From the NCBI GenBank assembly GCA_900088475.1, contig FLMG01004535.1:62001-126000 (forward strand): a stretch of DNA of 64,000 nucleotides, given 5' to 3'. A model generated the notes under the pieces. That model had not been told where the DNA came from. It searched no databases and saw only the letters and a list, made by a program, of their open reading frames with translations. The translations under genes were made by a program, and so were the position numbers. Below are positions 1 to 12,200 of this stretch, in pieces; the stretch's first letter is position 1; every line of letters starts with the position of its first letter. This stretch comes from Hyphochytrium catenoides (Eukaryota > Protista > Hyphochytriomycota).

Positions 1-99
1 AGGAAATACGTACGAAACTCGAGGTTGAAGGGAGGCTGTTACTACCTTTCTGAAGCTTGCTCTTCTGAACAATGAAGGCACCTGCGCACTAAGGTCTCT

Positions 100-960
100 G
101 AGGCTCTGATGCGGTTGAGCAAGGACGCTGGGAACCTTGGGATGAGACGAGGAAAGAAAGAAAGATCGCCGCTGCTTCGCACTTCCGCCGTCTGTCTTCC
201 CTTCTCAGCGCTTCTGACAGAAGAGAAAAAAGGCTGGCGGTGGTGCGGGTTACCGGTATTAGTTTAGGAAAAATGCTGACTATTACGCTATATGAAAGTA
301 AGTTGGAGGAATATCTTTGGGCAACGGGGAAGGTTTTGGACACAAGAGGCAGCAACCATGTCATCCTGTCACACACAGCACTAACACAAGTAGCAAAGTC
401 AAACACAGGCCTCTGTTTTGAGACGGCTTTACCGTTTCTATTCTCTGAAAACACATGATTAGACGAGCTATCCCCAAACTCATATATAATATTTGGGGTC
501 GTGTTTGAGAATGACATCTATGCACAACTTCCAGGATCAGAATTGCGAGGGCTTTAAGTGTTGGGTTCAAATTCTAACCTTCTTTCAGCTGTTGGGCGAT
601 AAAGGCCTTGCACGGGCGTATCTTTGGCCTGGTTTTGCTGGTTGAAGTGGCTTCTTCACCAGACAAAGTGCCTGTTGCTGTTGCCAGGCATCATGGCATC
701 GTCATCTCCCATCAGCTCAATGATGATCTTCATGTTCTCTTCTGCTATTGCAGTCAACTCTTCAGCGGCTCATCGACAGAGTGATAAGGACGGCATGTCC
801 CCTCCTTCGAATCTTTGAACGCCGCTCTATGGTCCTGGTGACGATCTCGGTGTAGGCGAGAAGGAACAAGGAAGATCCATTCGCCTTCATGCAATAGCAC
901 TGGCAAGAGAGCGTCTCGGCTATGTGCTGCTGGAGGATGGTCAGCCTAGCTTATGATAGA
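100..960 (+). other. possible 3' exons of an unidentified gene truncated by the window edge
   Basis: Non-repetitive sequence with short open frames (e.g. DAVEQGRWEPWDETRKERKIAAASHFRRL) and splice-like signals (ctaac..tttcag near 575-588). No consistent model or homology recognised. Confidence 0.2.
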
Positions 961-1267
961 ACTGTGTTTTGAGGGGAGCCCACAGGGCACGTGAAGGATC
1001 CCAAGAATTGGTGATGAGAAAGTGTCAAGGACTATCAGATGATGGTAGATTTGGTAAAAGACTCGGTTCAGGAGAGTGCTGATAAAACGATATAAAGAAT
1101 TAAAAATCACTAGTCATAGCGTTACCCCTGGAGACATTTGTTAGAAGAGATAAAGAAGATTGTGGGCGGAGCCTTGAGAGAATCGTAGTATAGAGCTATT
1201 GCGGGGGGGCCCGTAGAGCTGCACTGGAAAGCTGCTATCTCGGAAGCTTACAAGGGAGAAACGCCAC

Positions 1268-2434
1268 TTATTGCTCGGGAGCAATTGACAGAAGGATCTT
1301 TCCTGTGGTTCGTCGCTCCTCCAATAGATTGTGAGCCTCTCGCGCATCTTGAAGGGGAAGGATCGTAGGATCGCCGATCTTTAGCTTCTGTTCTTTCATC
1401 AGGCCGAAGACCGCTTTAGCCCTATCCGTCAGCTCCTTTCTCTCCGCAATGTAGTGGAACAAGTTTGGCCGAGTCAAGAACAGAGATCCTTTCTCCTGCA
1501 ACAGAGCAGGATCAATAGGGTCCGGAGTGCCGGAGGAAGCCCCAAACAACACCATCAACCCACGTGGCCGAAGACAGTCAAATCCTTTCAGAAAGGTTGC
1601 TCTGCCTACGCCATCGTACACGACATCCACTCCTCTCCCGCCTGTTATTTCCTTCACTTCCTTCACGAAGTCCTTCCTTGTATAAACAACCACCTCGTCA
1701 CAGCCCACAGCTTTTGCCTCTTCCGCTTTTTCCTCAGAGCTGCATGTTCCAATGATGAACGCGCCCGCATTGCGCGCTAGTTGAGCAATCAGCCGGCCAG
1801 TGCCACCTGCAGCTGCATGCAGAAGGACAACTGTACCTTCCCTCAAAGGGTAGGTGCTGTGCGTGAGATAGTGTGCTGTCATGCCCTGGATCATACAGGC
1901 CGTCGCGTCTTTTAGCGTCAAAGCGTCAGGCACGGGGACAGCCATCGACTGGGAAACGGTCGTGAACTCCGCGTAGGAGCCAGAGAGACACTTCGGATAC
2001 ACGACACGTTGTCCCACAGACAGAGATGTGGAGGTAGAGCCTTCTCCTTCGCCAATGGCCTCGACATATCCCCCACCCTCGAGTCCAACCGTGAAGGGAA
2101 GGGAAGGCGGCGTGTACTTACCCTCCCGGAAGTACGTGTCAATGAAGTTAACGCCTGCATAGCAATTCTTTACGAGGATCTGGAGAATGCATAGGCAAAA
2201 AATATAGAAAGACACCCACATCAGCTATTATATTGGGCAGTGCATCAACGGCGGAGGGAACTAGCTGACCTCACCGCCGCGAGGTTGCGGTGGCTCTACC
2301 AGCTCCACTTTCAGAGCGGAAGATGGTCCTGGGTTGTGAACGCGGACAGTCTGCATGGCGCGTCCACCCGTCTCGGCCACTCCCATCGTGTGAAGACGAC
2401 GCGTCAGGATTGGAGCTCGCAGCGCCATCCTCAT
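1268..2434 (-). CDS. QOR: NADPH:quinone oxidoreductase (zeta-crystallin/MDR family), 2 exons, probable mitochondrial presequence
   Basis: Exons 2434-2270 and 2179-1268 joined by a GT-AG intron (2269-2180). Motifs AGVNFIDTYFREG, GLEGGG, TAHYL, HAAAGGTG, GVDVVYDGVG, FGASSG, KGSLFLTRP, RRTTGKILL. N-terminus MRMALRAPILTRRLHTM is Arg-rich and acid-free. Alternative start at 2386. Confidence 0.93.
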
Positions 2435-2744
2435 CGAACTAACTAAGTGAAGGCGCATGAGGGAAAGGCAACGAACAAGCGCAGTAGAGTAGTGTGCTCT
2501 CTCACACCGAACTTCTTGATGGAGCTCGCTCAGGCTGTTCCTCTATTTTATCAACCCGATCAATGGAAACTGATTGTGGTTGTAAGACAACTAATGACCG
2601 TCCAACGACAATGGAGAGCAGAGCAAGCAGGGACGCGATAAGCGCCATCAGGAGAAAAGAAAGTGCGAGGGAGTGGAAAGAAGGGGCACTGAGAAGTGGA
2701 CGAACAAGTGAGGGAGAGGAGGAAGTGAAAGAGATAGAAGAGCG

Positions 2745-2791
2745 ACGGGGAGAGAGAGAGAAAGAGAGAGGGAGGGAGAGAGAAAAGGGGG

Positions 2792-2839
<48 letters not shown>

Positions 2840-2900
2840 AAGAGGGAGAGAAAGAGAGAGAGACAGATCGGGGACAGAGAGAAAAAAAGAGAGAGAGAAA
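2745..2900. repeat. (GA)n-rich microsatellite in the divergent intergenic region between QOR and the RWP-RK gene
   Basis: Directly visible gagagagaga tract with interruptions. Confidence 0.9.
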
Positions 2901-3467
2901 GACACCTTATTACTATAGAAACTTCAACAGCTGTGATCAGAACCCCGCTCACAAAGAACCCCAAACAATTCCTAGCCGTTACCAGTCATACCGCTAACGG
3001 CCAGATCTGGGCGCTGGAGGGAGTTACTGAAAGGCAGCCTTTGGGCGCTCGGAACCCTCAGCCGCGCCAGGACCTGTAACGTCGCCGCGGCCAGGGCGCG
3101 AGACAGAGGAGGAAGAAGGAGGAGGAGGAGAAGAGACAGGAAAGACACTTGCCCCCAGTAGATACCGCCGTACAAGCGCCAGCAACAAGCAGGCAGAAGC
3201 TGCGGCTACGGCGCTGCGTGGCTCTGTCTTTCGGCCGCTTGTGCCTCCCCGTCGCCCCTGCTTCGGTCGTGATGGTTGGGAAGATACACAGGGCTGGATC
3301 GGATCGTAGGGTTCTCCTGGCAGGCGACACAAGCCACTTGAGAGCCTACTGTTGAAAGGCCTACAGAGGTAAAGAGGTGCGATGGAGGCCGTTGAAGAAG
3401 TATCTGTGCAGGGGTGAAGAGGCATAACGACTCCCAACTGTACGGTGCGCCCGGGCGGCTGAGGAGG

Positions 3468-6051
3468 ATGGATCCGAAGTTTGATGACGGGGATCTTGCA
3501 GCCTCTAGGACGCTACTATTCCTAGCCTCCACTGCCCTTGGAGAAGCGGAGCGGACGCCTCAGCATTCTATCCATGAAGAGCGGGCCAAAACGGAGAGGG
3601 AGACGGCGGACACGCAGGTAAGATGCTACCAGTCTACTAGCAAGCAAGCTGTCTCCTTCGGTCTCATGGGCTTAATGACACCAATTAATGGCAGGTGAAG
3701 GGAATGCAGATGGAGAGGGGGATGTCAGGCCAATCTGAGGAGGAGTCCTCTTCTCGGCTCTCTGTCTCCTCTTCTCCCTCTTCGTTTTCTCTATCCCCTG
3801 GTGATAAGCCTAGAGGGCATAAGCCGAAGGCGAAGAAAGAACGAGAGACAGTTTCATCTCGCCCGAGAGTGGCTCGTTCTCGTGTGAAGGCGATCACCTT
3901 CCAGGACCTGCAGCAGCACTTTGATCTGCCGCTGGAGGAAGTCTGTCTCCGTCTCGGCATTTGCAGGACCGTCCTGAAGTCCATCTGCAGGCGGTTTGGG
4001 ATCAAGAGATGGCCTTGCAGACAGGTTAGACCAAGATGCGTAACCTGAGCAAGGAGCTTAACTGAAGCGAGATCCTCCGCCCTCACTCTTTCTTCGTATC
4101 TCTTGAACGCTGAGTGCCGCTGCTTCCGTCTGTCTCCCTCCCGTTCTGCTCTTCCTCTCTCTCTGGTCAGCTCCTTGGCCGTCAACTTGTCCCTGTTGGT
4201 CGCAATAGATCTCGTGTCAACCCTTCTTCTCCTTGAAGTCTATTCAGGACGACCAAACAATTAACTTTTGACCTCTAGCTAGTTGGTCTCTCCCAGCTCT
4301 CCGTGAACTACTGCTTGTATGAACTTCTGTCTGCTCCCAAATGCTCCACGTACACTCTGGCACTTCACGAGTCATCTCCATCGGCACCTGACTAAAGCCT
4401 ATCCTACTGCCTCCAGATCCGCAGCTTGACGCGAAGTATCGAAGTGCTGCGAGTAGCAGAGAGTCGTGCGTCTAATCCTTTTGAAAGCTCGCGACTTCGC
4501 CAACAGATCTCAGATCTCCAGTCCAAGCGTCAAAGCCTTCTGCACGCGCCGGCGTCAGGTTTGTTGCTTAGCCTCGTCTTCCTATATAGTTGGCCGCCAT
4601 ATGATCTTCCTGCTTATCTATGCTTTCTAAAGTGCTTAGCGTCCTACGGTCTCTCCTATAGTGTATGCTAACTTGCTAATGATGTAGGGAGACCCAGAGC
4701 TGAGGAGTCACCTTTGCAGTCTCAGCGACGGGAAGAAGGAGGAAAATTGAGACAGACGGAGAAGAAGCCCTCTCGCCCAGGAGAAAGACCAATTCTGAAG
4801 CCCATCTCATTCCGACCGCTAGTAATGTCCACGGCTGAGGCAAAGCCCAGTCCCCAAAAGGATAAGGGCCGGATGCATAACGTCAGCCCCTTCACACTCC
4901 CTCCACCGAAGCCTAATCCTACTCTCAACCTCGGAAATAGCTCAAACCCAACTCTTAACCTTAAGCCTAGTCCTCATCCTAGCCCTGATCCCCCTTCGAT
5001 CTCCTCGGATCGTCCAGCTCAGTCTGTCCAGCGTCACATCCCTTCTTTAAAGATGCACGAGCTCCCAACACGCAGCTTGGGCGTTCAGGCAGCTCCATCG
5101 ATGGTCAGAGCTCTTCAAAAGAAGAAGCTGACTCCTCCTAAACCACTCCCCCTGCTCCAACCCCTACCCAGAGATGCTCTGCATCAGCAGCGCCTACAGG
5201 AGGGACAGAAGCCCTCCTCGCGTGTCGTTCTACAGCGCAAGCTTTCCCTTCCACTTGCCCCTGACCTTGCCTATACATCGTCTTACTCCCTTGGCCTACC
5301 GTCCGCGTCCAGCACGGCTCCGAGCCGGGTAGTTGGACGAAGGAGGCGAAGTAACAGTCCCTTAGCAAAGATGATTCCATTGGCCAACAGAGGAGGACGA
5401 CTGCTCGAGAGAAGACAGAAGAATCCTCTCTCTAAACTTTCCACCTCTGAAGAAGTAGAGTACAGCTCTGTGGACCCCGATATTCAGAGCAAGTTCTCTC
5501 TCAAACAAGGGCAGAAAGCACTCATCCCAGTGTCGAACCCCTTCGCCGAGAGTGAAGATACAGCCTCTCCTTCAAATGAAGAACAAGCAAGAGAGAGACA
5601 AGCTCGGACGTCTGCTAGGGAGTCTCAGCATATGCTTTCCGAGCACTTTAGCCGCTTTCATCTCGGTAGCGATGAGGGGCCAACAAAGGGCAAGGACTTT
5701 CATGGCGAGAGAACGCAACGGCGATCATCTCTGGGCAAGGGTGGGATGAAGGGAAAGCGCACATCCTCCAAGAAGCCTCTTTCTTTGCCCATAACGCCAG
5801 TTTCTGCTCCTCCATCAGGTGCGTGTCTGCTAACAAATGATCGTAGGGGGCTTCGCTCTCTCTCCCTGTCCGCAGAGTGGCAAGTTCCCATTGCTTCTCT
5901 TTGCTCTCTAAGCTGCCAAATCCACTTTCATAATCTTTGTCTTTTCTCTGCCATTCTAGGAACAGAGCTATTGTCCTCGGTTCTTCCTTCAAATAAGGAG
6001 GACGATCGAGCGGAGGATACTAGTCTGTGCCATAACATATCAGCAGCTTAG
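3468..6051 (+). CDS. RWP-RK domain transcription factor with a long Pro/Ser-rich disordered C-terminus
   Basis: Hand-joined exons of about 3468-3617, 3695-4024, 4417-4558, 4688-5818 and 5960-6051, all GT-AG and in phase. Domain ITFQDLQQHFDLPLEEVCLRLGICRTVLKSICRRFGIKRWPCRQ|IRSL matches the RWP-RK consensus. Confidence 0.88.
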
Positions 6052-6226
6052 CCACTAGTGGTGTGCCAAAGAGAGAGTGGCGTATGTGTCCCGCGAAGGA
6101 AAGAGAAGAGTGAGAAACTGGCAATGGACCATGTAGCTACTCATTATGAATAATTGTCATCGTTAGCATATTTCCATCATTCGGCTAGTCATCTTTGCCC
6201 TTCTAGGTCTGCTTCTCTCGTTGGAA

Positions 6227-9200
6227 CTATGCTGATTCTTGAAGCATCTGATACTGGAGAAGACTGCCCGAGGTCATTGTCTGGCCAGTAGCCATCGGTC
6301 GTGCAGGATGCTGAGCCAACTCGGAGTCTGGCGGTCCATAGCCGCCCCCACCAGGGGAGAGGATGACCAGCCGCTCTCCTGGCTTTACATCCACAGTATT
6401 CTTGCCGCCCTAGAGATTAGAGATAGAGAGAAAAGGGATTAGATGGCCAGCAACTTCAGAGATAGGCCCCAATTGATGGGAATTCCGACAGGGCCTATAA
6501 CGTGCGGTCAGACAGGATCTGCGCACAAAGCCTACCAGACTAATGACTCTTCCCTCCTTGATTAGAAGGTTCTTGCCTCTAGCTCCCGGCTCACCGCCAG
6601 CCATACCGTACCTACAAACCCACGTTGAGAACGAATGAGCGAAGAAGTGACAGACAAGCCTATCGCCATGGGCTGACTTACAATCGGACTTTAAGCTCAA
6701 ATGAAGAGGGAAGGATGTAAATTAGGAGGAGTGACAAGTCAATGTGGCACAAGATGGAGCGAAACTTAAGCAACCAGCGAAGCAAGAGTGAACTTAGGCG
6801 ACATCAAGACAAATGATGGCATGGGCCCTCCTTCGAGGTATAAGCAAAACGGTAAAGGAACGTACGGCTCCGTAACTCTGCGCTCCGACAGAATGCTGAC
6901 GGTCAGAGGCTTCAAGAACTCAAGCTCGCGAATCACTCCATCGCCTCCTCTAAACGCCCCGCTCCCTCCAGAGTCTGGCCGTAGGCTAAAACGCTGAAGG
7001 ATCACGGGATACCTACAAGAAGGAGTCAGCGAACTCGAGCGGAAAGGGAGGTAGCAGAGATGTAAGGGGACGCAGAGAAAGAAGAGACATAGAGACTTGA
7101 AAAAGGAGACAGGACTAGCAGGGTTCACAGGCTTGGAGGTAACTGTGATCCCCGTGGTATTCTAGGGTTGTCTGAGATCAACCACGCAATTGCCTGGCGG
7201 CCTAGAAGTGCAGGAAAGTAGACTTAGCAGACGAGTGATGCTTCATACCGGCGCTCCAGGATCTCCGGATCTGTGATTCTGGTGTTGGTCATGTGAGTGT
7301 GCACACCACTCCGGCCATTCCAGTGAGGGCCCGCACCTGAAGATGGCGTACTCAGTGGAAGACATGTATCGGCCAGCTTTGAGGTTATGCCGATGAAAGT
7401 GAGGAAGCAGACCCTCGAATACAGAGTATGAAGTTGGAGTACAGGCTCTGGGAATACATTGAAACGACGAGGACGAATGTACGCCACAGAGAGAACGCAG
7501 GGGTAGGGAGCACCAGGTTTCAGTGGTCACAGGAGAGAAGACAAGTGGCTGCTGAGGACTACCTGCACCGCCCGCGATGGTCTCATAGTAACCCAGTTCC
7601 GCATCTCCAAAAGTAAGGTTATTCATACAGCCTTGAGATGCTGCGCACACCTAAGTAAGGAGGATAAGATGGCGGGTATGCTATTCCTATCCTTTCGTGT
7701 GGCCACCAAGGAAACCGCTGGATTCTGCACGAAATTTTCTCTTCCTTGCTCTTCTCGCTTCCTCTCTCGGTTGTCCGACTCTTTTTGCGCCTTTTCTATC
7801 TTTGTCCCTTGGTCTTCCTAGTCACTATCTCTCGTCTTCCAAGATATGGAGTTGTTTCTAAGCACTCTCGTTACCTTGAAGGTTTTGAGGACGACGTCGG
7901 TAACGCGCTGAGAGGTAAGTACATTGCCTCCCACGACGGCCGCGCGATCTGAAGGGTTGAGCAGAGAGCCCTTCGGAATGATGACTGAGACAGGGGCCAG
8001 CACGCCTTGGTTTAGGGGAATATCCGAGCCCACCTACGGAACAAAGAGGGATGCAAAGATGTTATCGAAGGAAGACAAGAGGCATTGAGGCGAGCTGGTG
8101 GGATTGGGAAGAAGGGGTACCGTTGAAGGAGGGCGCACTGGTCTCTGCCCATCCAGGCAGTTTTACACGCTAAGATTGATCTTACTCACCAACATGCAGC
8201 GCAAGCAATAGATGATCGCGGAGTACGAGACTGCAGGGGGCGCGTTGATGTTTCCATAGACCTAGACCATTAGGGTGAAAAGGAGGAAACGTGAGAGGGA
8301 TGAAAACGCAGCTATCGTGCGAGCGATGCAGGAAAGACCAGCTAAGGCGGACAACTCTTTTAGCCTCCATTCCGACAGTGGACTAAACCTTAAGGCAACT
8401 ATGGGGAGGAAGTGAGAAGGGAAGAGGCTACCTCGGGATCCGTTCCTGTGAAGTCAAAGACAGCGCTGCCATCCTCTCTGTTAATCGTAACAGTCAGCTT
8501 TATCTGCGAACCGTCGTCCATCAGATCTGAGCTGGCCACACTGTCGGTAGGGGCTAGGCCTTGGAAGACAGAGAAGTCGCGAAGCATCTCTCTCACGGCT
8601 TTTTCTGCAGTTTGCTTCGCAACCCATTGAATACATAGATTAGAGTCGTAACGGTCTTCCTTCAGACCGAAGTGGTTAGCAACCCACCTGAATATAGTTC
8701 ATATACGCGTGAACAACTGGGAGAGAGTACTCGTCAATGAGCTCGCGCATGAGCTGCACCCCCTTGTTGTTGGCAGCAACCTAGAGCGCGGCATGGGGCT
8801 AGGAGGTTAGTATGTCGACAGCAACAAAGATACCAGAAGTTACAGCTAAGAGAACTTGGAACGCCGGCGCGATCACCTGCCTTGCCACAGACGAGTGAAT
8901 TGAGTTGACAGTACATTCTTGCTAAGAAGTTAGAGTATAGAGGCGGTTGCTTAAAGAAGTATACATGCAGAGGGTTATTTTTATCTTCACCTGCGCCTTG
9001 AGGTCTGAGAGGTTGTCTCTCAAGTTCCTGGTACCACTGTTGCCCGGCAGCTCACCCGGGGCCATCAGATATCGTGTGATTCCTGCTCGCATTAGCGCTC
9101 TACTTAGAGGAGATTCATCTTCTTCTCATCTCCCTTCTTAACGGTTCTCCTGTGCCAATGGCCTTTCTCTCCCTGCATTTCCCCCATCTTCGAGCAGCAT

Positions 9201-12200
9201 CTCTTGGCGGACCAGCCACCTAGCGGCAACTCTCAGACTCCATAACCCAACTCTGCTGCCTGTTCCATGGTGCTCACCTTCAGTGTCAAAGAGCCCGTCT
9301 GCTCCTTTCACCAGCTTAAAGGCTACGATCGCTGCTCCTTCGTCCTCGAGAGTTCTAGAAAGGGGAGGCATAGAGCCCTGTGGAACCAAAAAAGTCAAGG
9401 ATACCCTTATTAAACATGGGGCTGAACTCCACAAGACTCAAAAGCTAATCTGCCAAAGAATCGAGAAGAAGCCAAGCTCAAACTCCTTACCGGTGCGATG
9501 CCTCCAATATCTGCGTGGTGTCCTCTGGCGGCAACAAAGAAGACAATTTTGCCCTCATTGAAGACAGGGGTTATCACCGTGATATCAGGCAAATGGCTCC
9601 CTCCTACAAGGCAAACCCAGTTGTTAGCAAGGTCAGGAGACTAAATCAGTGCAGGAGATCTCCGGTTCCATCTGAAAGGATAAAGAAGGGTAGGAAACGT
9701 GTTTCGATAGGAAGAAAATAGCAGTGAAGACCGGAAAGAAGTAGGGATAGGGTGTGACCTTCTTGATCTAAACACTATCGGTGACCTGAAACTACTAGAA
9801 GATTACAGGCACAGACAGATGAGAGAGGCTTGGAAAGGGCAAAGGAAATGAGAAGAGAACCTGCGAGCTGTGGATGGTTTGACACTAAGACATCGCCTTC
9901 TTCAAGGTCATCCCCCCAGTACTTCAGCTGTTAGACAAGCGCGTTAGAACCCTCTCCCTAGCTCTACGAACATGGTAAAGCATGAAGGTGGAGAACGACT
10001 TTTGATGGCAGACCAAGCGATGCGAATTGCCTCTGCCTTGCCTGTGACCATCAGGGCCCTGCTCTTTCTCAAATACTCACCTGGAACTTGACTGCTTCTT
10101 GCATTGCTCCCAAATGTACAGGGAGGTGAGGGGCATTGGCTACCAGGCCTCCATCAGGCCCGAAAAGCGCACAAGAAAAATCCAATCTTTCTTTTATATT
10201 CACAGAGATCGATGTGCGCTGCAGTGTCCGACCCATCTGCTCCGCAATACCTGTCACAGTACATAAGCATGACAGGGTGAGGAGAATGAATCAACTCTGG
10301 CGATGGCTCGTCGGCGCAGCAACTAAACCGCCATCAAGAACACAGAAAATCACAGGCAAGAAGGGTATGAGTGGTCGCAGGGTAGTTTGCTTTGGGAGAG
10401 TGGGAGTTCTTACCCATGAACCTATGTGAAAAGATTGAGAGCTGGATGGGATCTAGGGCAGTGTCGATTTGCTTCGCCCCTTGGGCTTCTACTGATATCT
10501 GAAGATCTCCATATCGCGTGATCTTAGCTGTGCATCCAGGCTCCACGACCACTGTGCTGACGTTCTAACGAGAAGGATGATGCGACAGACAAGGCAGCGA
10601 AGATAAGGAAGGGCGCCAGGGCTTTCCTTTGAGCTAGCGTCCGTTGCCCTTTCTGGTTCTCTAGTCCACCTTTTCTAACGCTTTTCATAAGCTCTTTATC
10701 CAGTCGTTGTATCGTACCTGCATAATGATGGCAGGACCCATTACAGTGTCACCAGCCGTCAGGTCCGCGAGGAAAAAGACAGGGATATCTTGCCTGCCGC
10801 CTGAACAAAATCGTTACGACTTCACCAACTCCGGGACAGAGAAGAGTTTTAAAGGAGCAAGAGAAAAACCATGGCCCAGGAGAAAGCGAGGAAAGCGGAA
10901 ATAGGACCTAGCGAAGTCACAGATAGTAAGAGGTCTTTCTAATACATAGCCAGCCCTACCTTCTTCAAAGTAGGTGGAAAATGAGGACCGAGGCTCTGGC
11001 TTCTTAGTGGACACCGGCAGCTCAGTTTCCATTTTGCTGCCACTTCGTCCGATACCACGAACACGGAAATCGTCCACAATCAAGGATCTGAGAGGAATGG
11101 GGCGGAGGCCGTAAGAGTAGAGACGGGACCAAACAGAGAACTACCGCTCCGTGGCCAACTACCGTGAGGCCCTTATTACTGTTCCATGCTTTGTCCCTTT
11201 GTTCCCGATCTCTGACTTCCATTCACTCAAAAGTCTCGGGATCCTAGCCTTCATTCTGAGCCTCTCTTACTTGCGAGCCCTGTAAGACGCTATCCTTTTC
11301 TCTCTCTTGTGATGTCATTTTCTCCCTTCTGCTTTGTCCTATACCGCTTCTGAAGTTTGCCCTACCACCAGCGTCTACGTGGCGTACCTTCCAGAGAGTG
11401 TAAAGCCATATTCTCGCTTATAGCGCTCAAAAAAAGTCGCGGCAAAATCGCTTGGGAGAGCCTTCGCCATCGTCATGACAGCATTATCTGTGCCCTGTAT
11501 CGCATATCAGGTACGGAATAGAAGGGCTGTGATGAGCTGAAGAGAGCTTGTAATGACAGGGACACCGCCAGACAAGGTGCAGAGAGTACAGCCCATAGTC
11601 TGGGTTACATACCCTTACCATATTGAAAGAATGTCCACTAGAATGGGCATAGTGAAGCGATAAACAAGGACAAAAGACCCGAAAACTTAAAGGTCGAAGG
11701 CAGCAGCACAGAGATAAAAGAAGAACATGAAAGAGATGCATTCCTGAGACACAGTCGTTTGGGCAGGGGAACTGCGATAGCTGATAGACAAAAAGCACTC
11801 TTTAGCAAATACCTCGTATCGAAGGTTAAGGTAGAACTCATACTCGACGTCTGTCACGGGATCAAACCCTTGGGTAACAAGCTCGTCTTTGCATGCATTT
11901 TGAAGATGTAGCAGCCGGCTGGAGATAAAGTCCTACGAGGTACGATGGGTGAGAGCAGGAGCGATTGTACCGGGGAGCTTGAGCAAGCTTAGGAGAAAGG
12001 CACTATTCGCCAGACAAAGGGTAAAAACAAATGCCGTTGGACATCCAGCCACTGACGGGAGAAAGCCACTGACTGGAGAAAAGGAGGACGTGATATAGGC
12101 CGAAGGACACTACGGCAAAGCGGTAGCAGCTAGCTATGACTCTACTCGACCAAAAGAACGCTTGAGGATGAGCAGCTTCCATTCTATTAGTACCATCTTC

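Noticed and set aside
2494-2997. Many ORFs rich in ER/RE or SL/LS dipeptides across the window (also 15409-16041, 42216-42809, 53210-53814, 58084-58792)
   Set aside because: They are translations of stop-free (GA)n/(CT)n microsatellites in introns or intergenic DNA.
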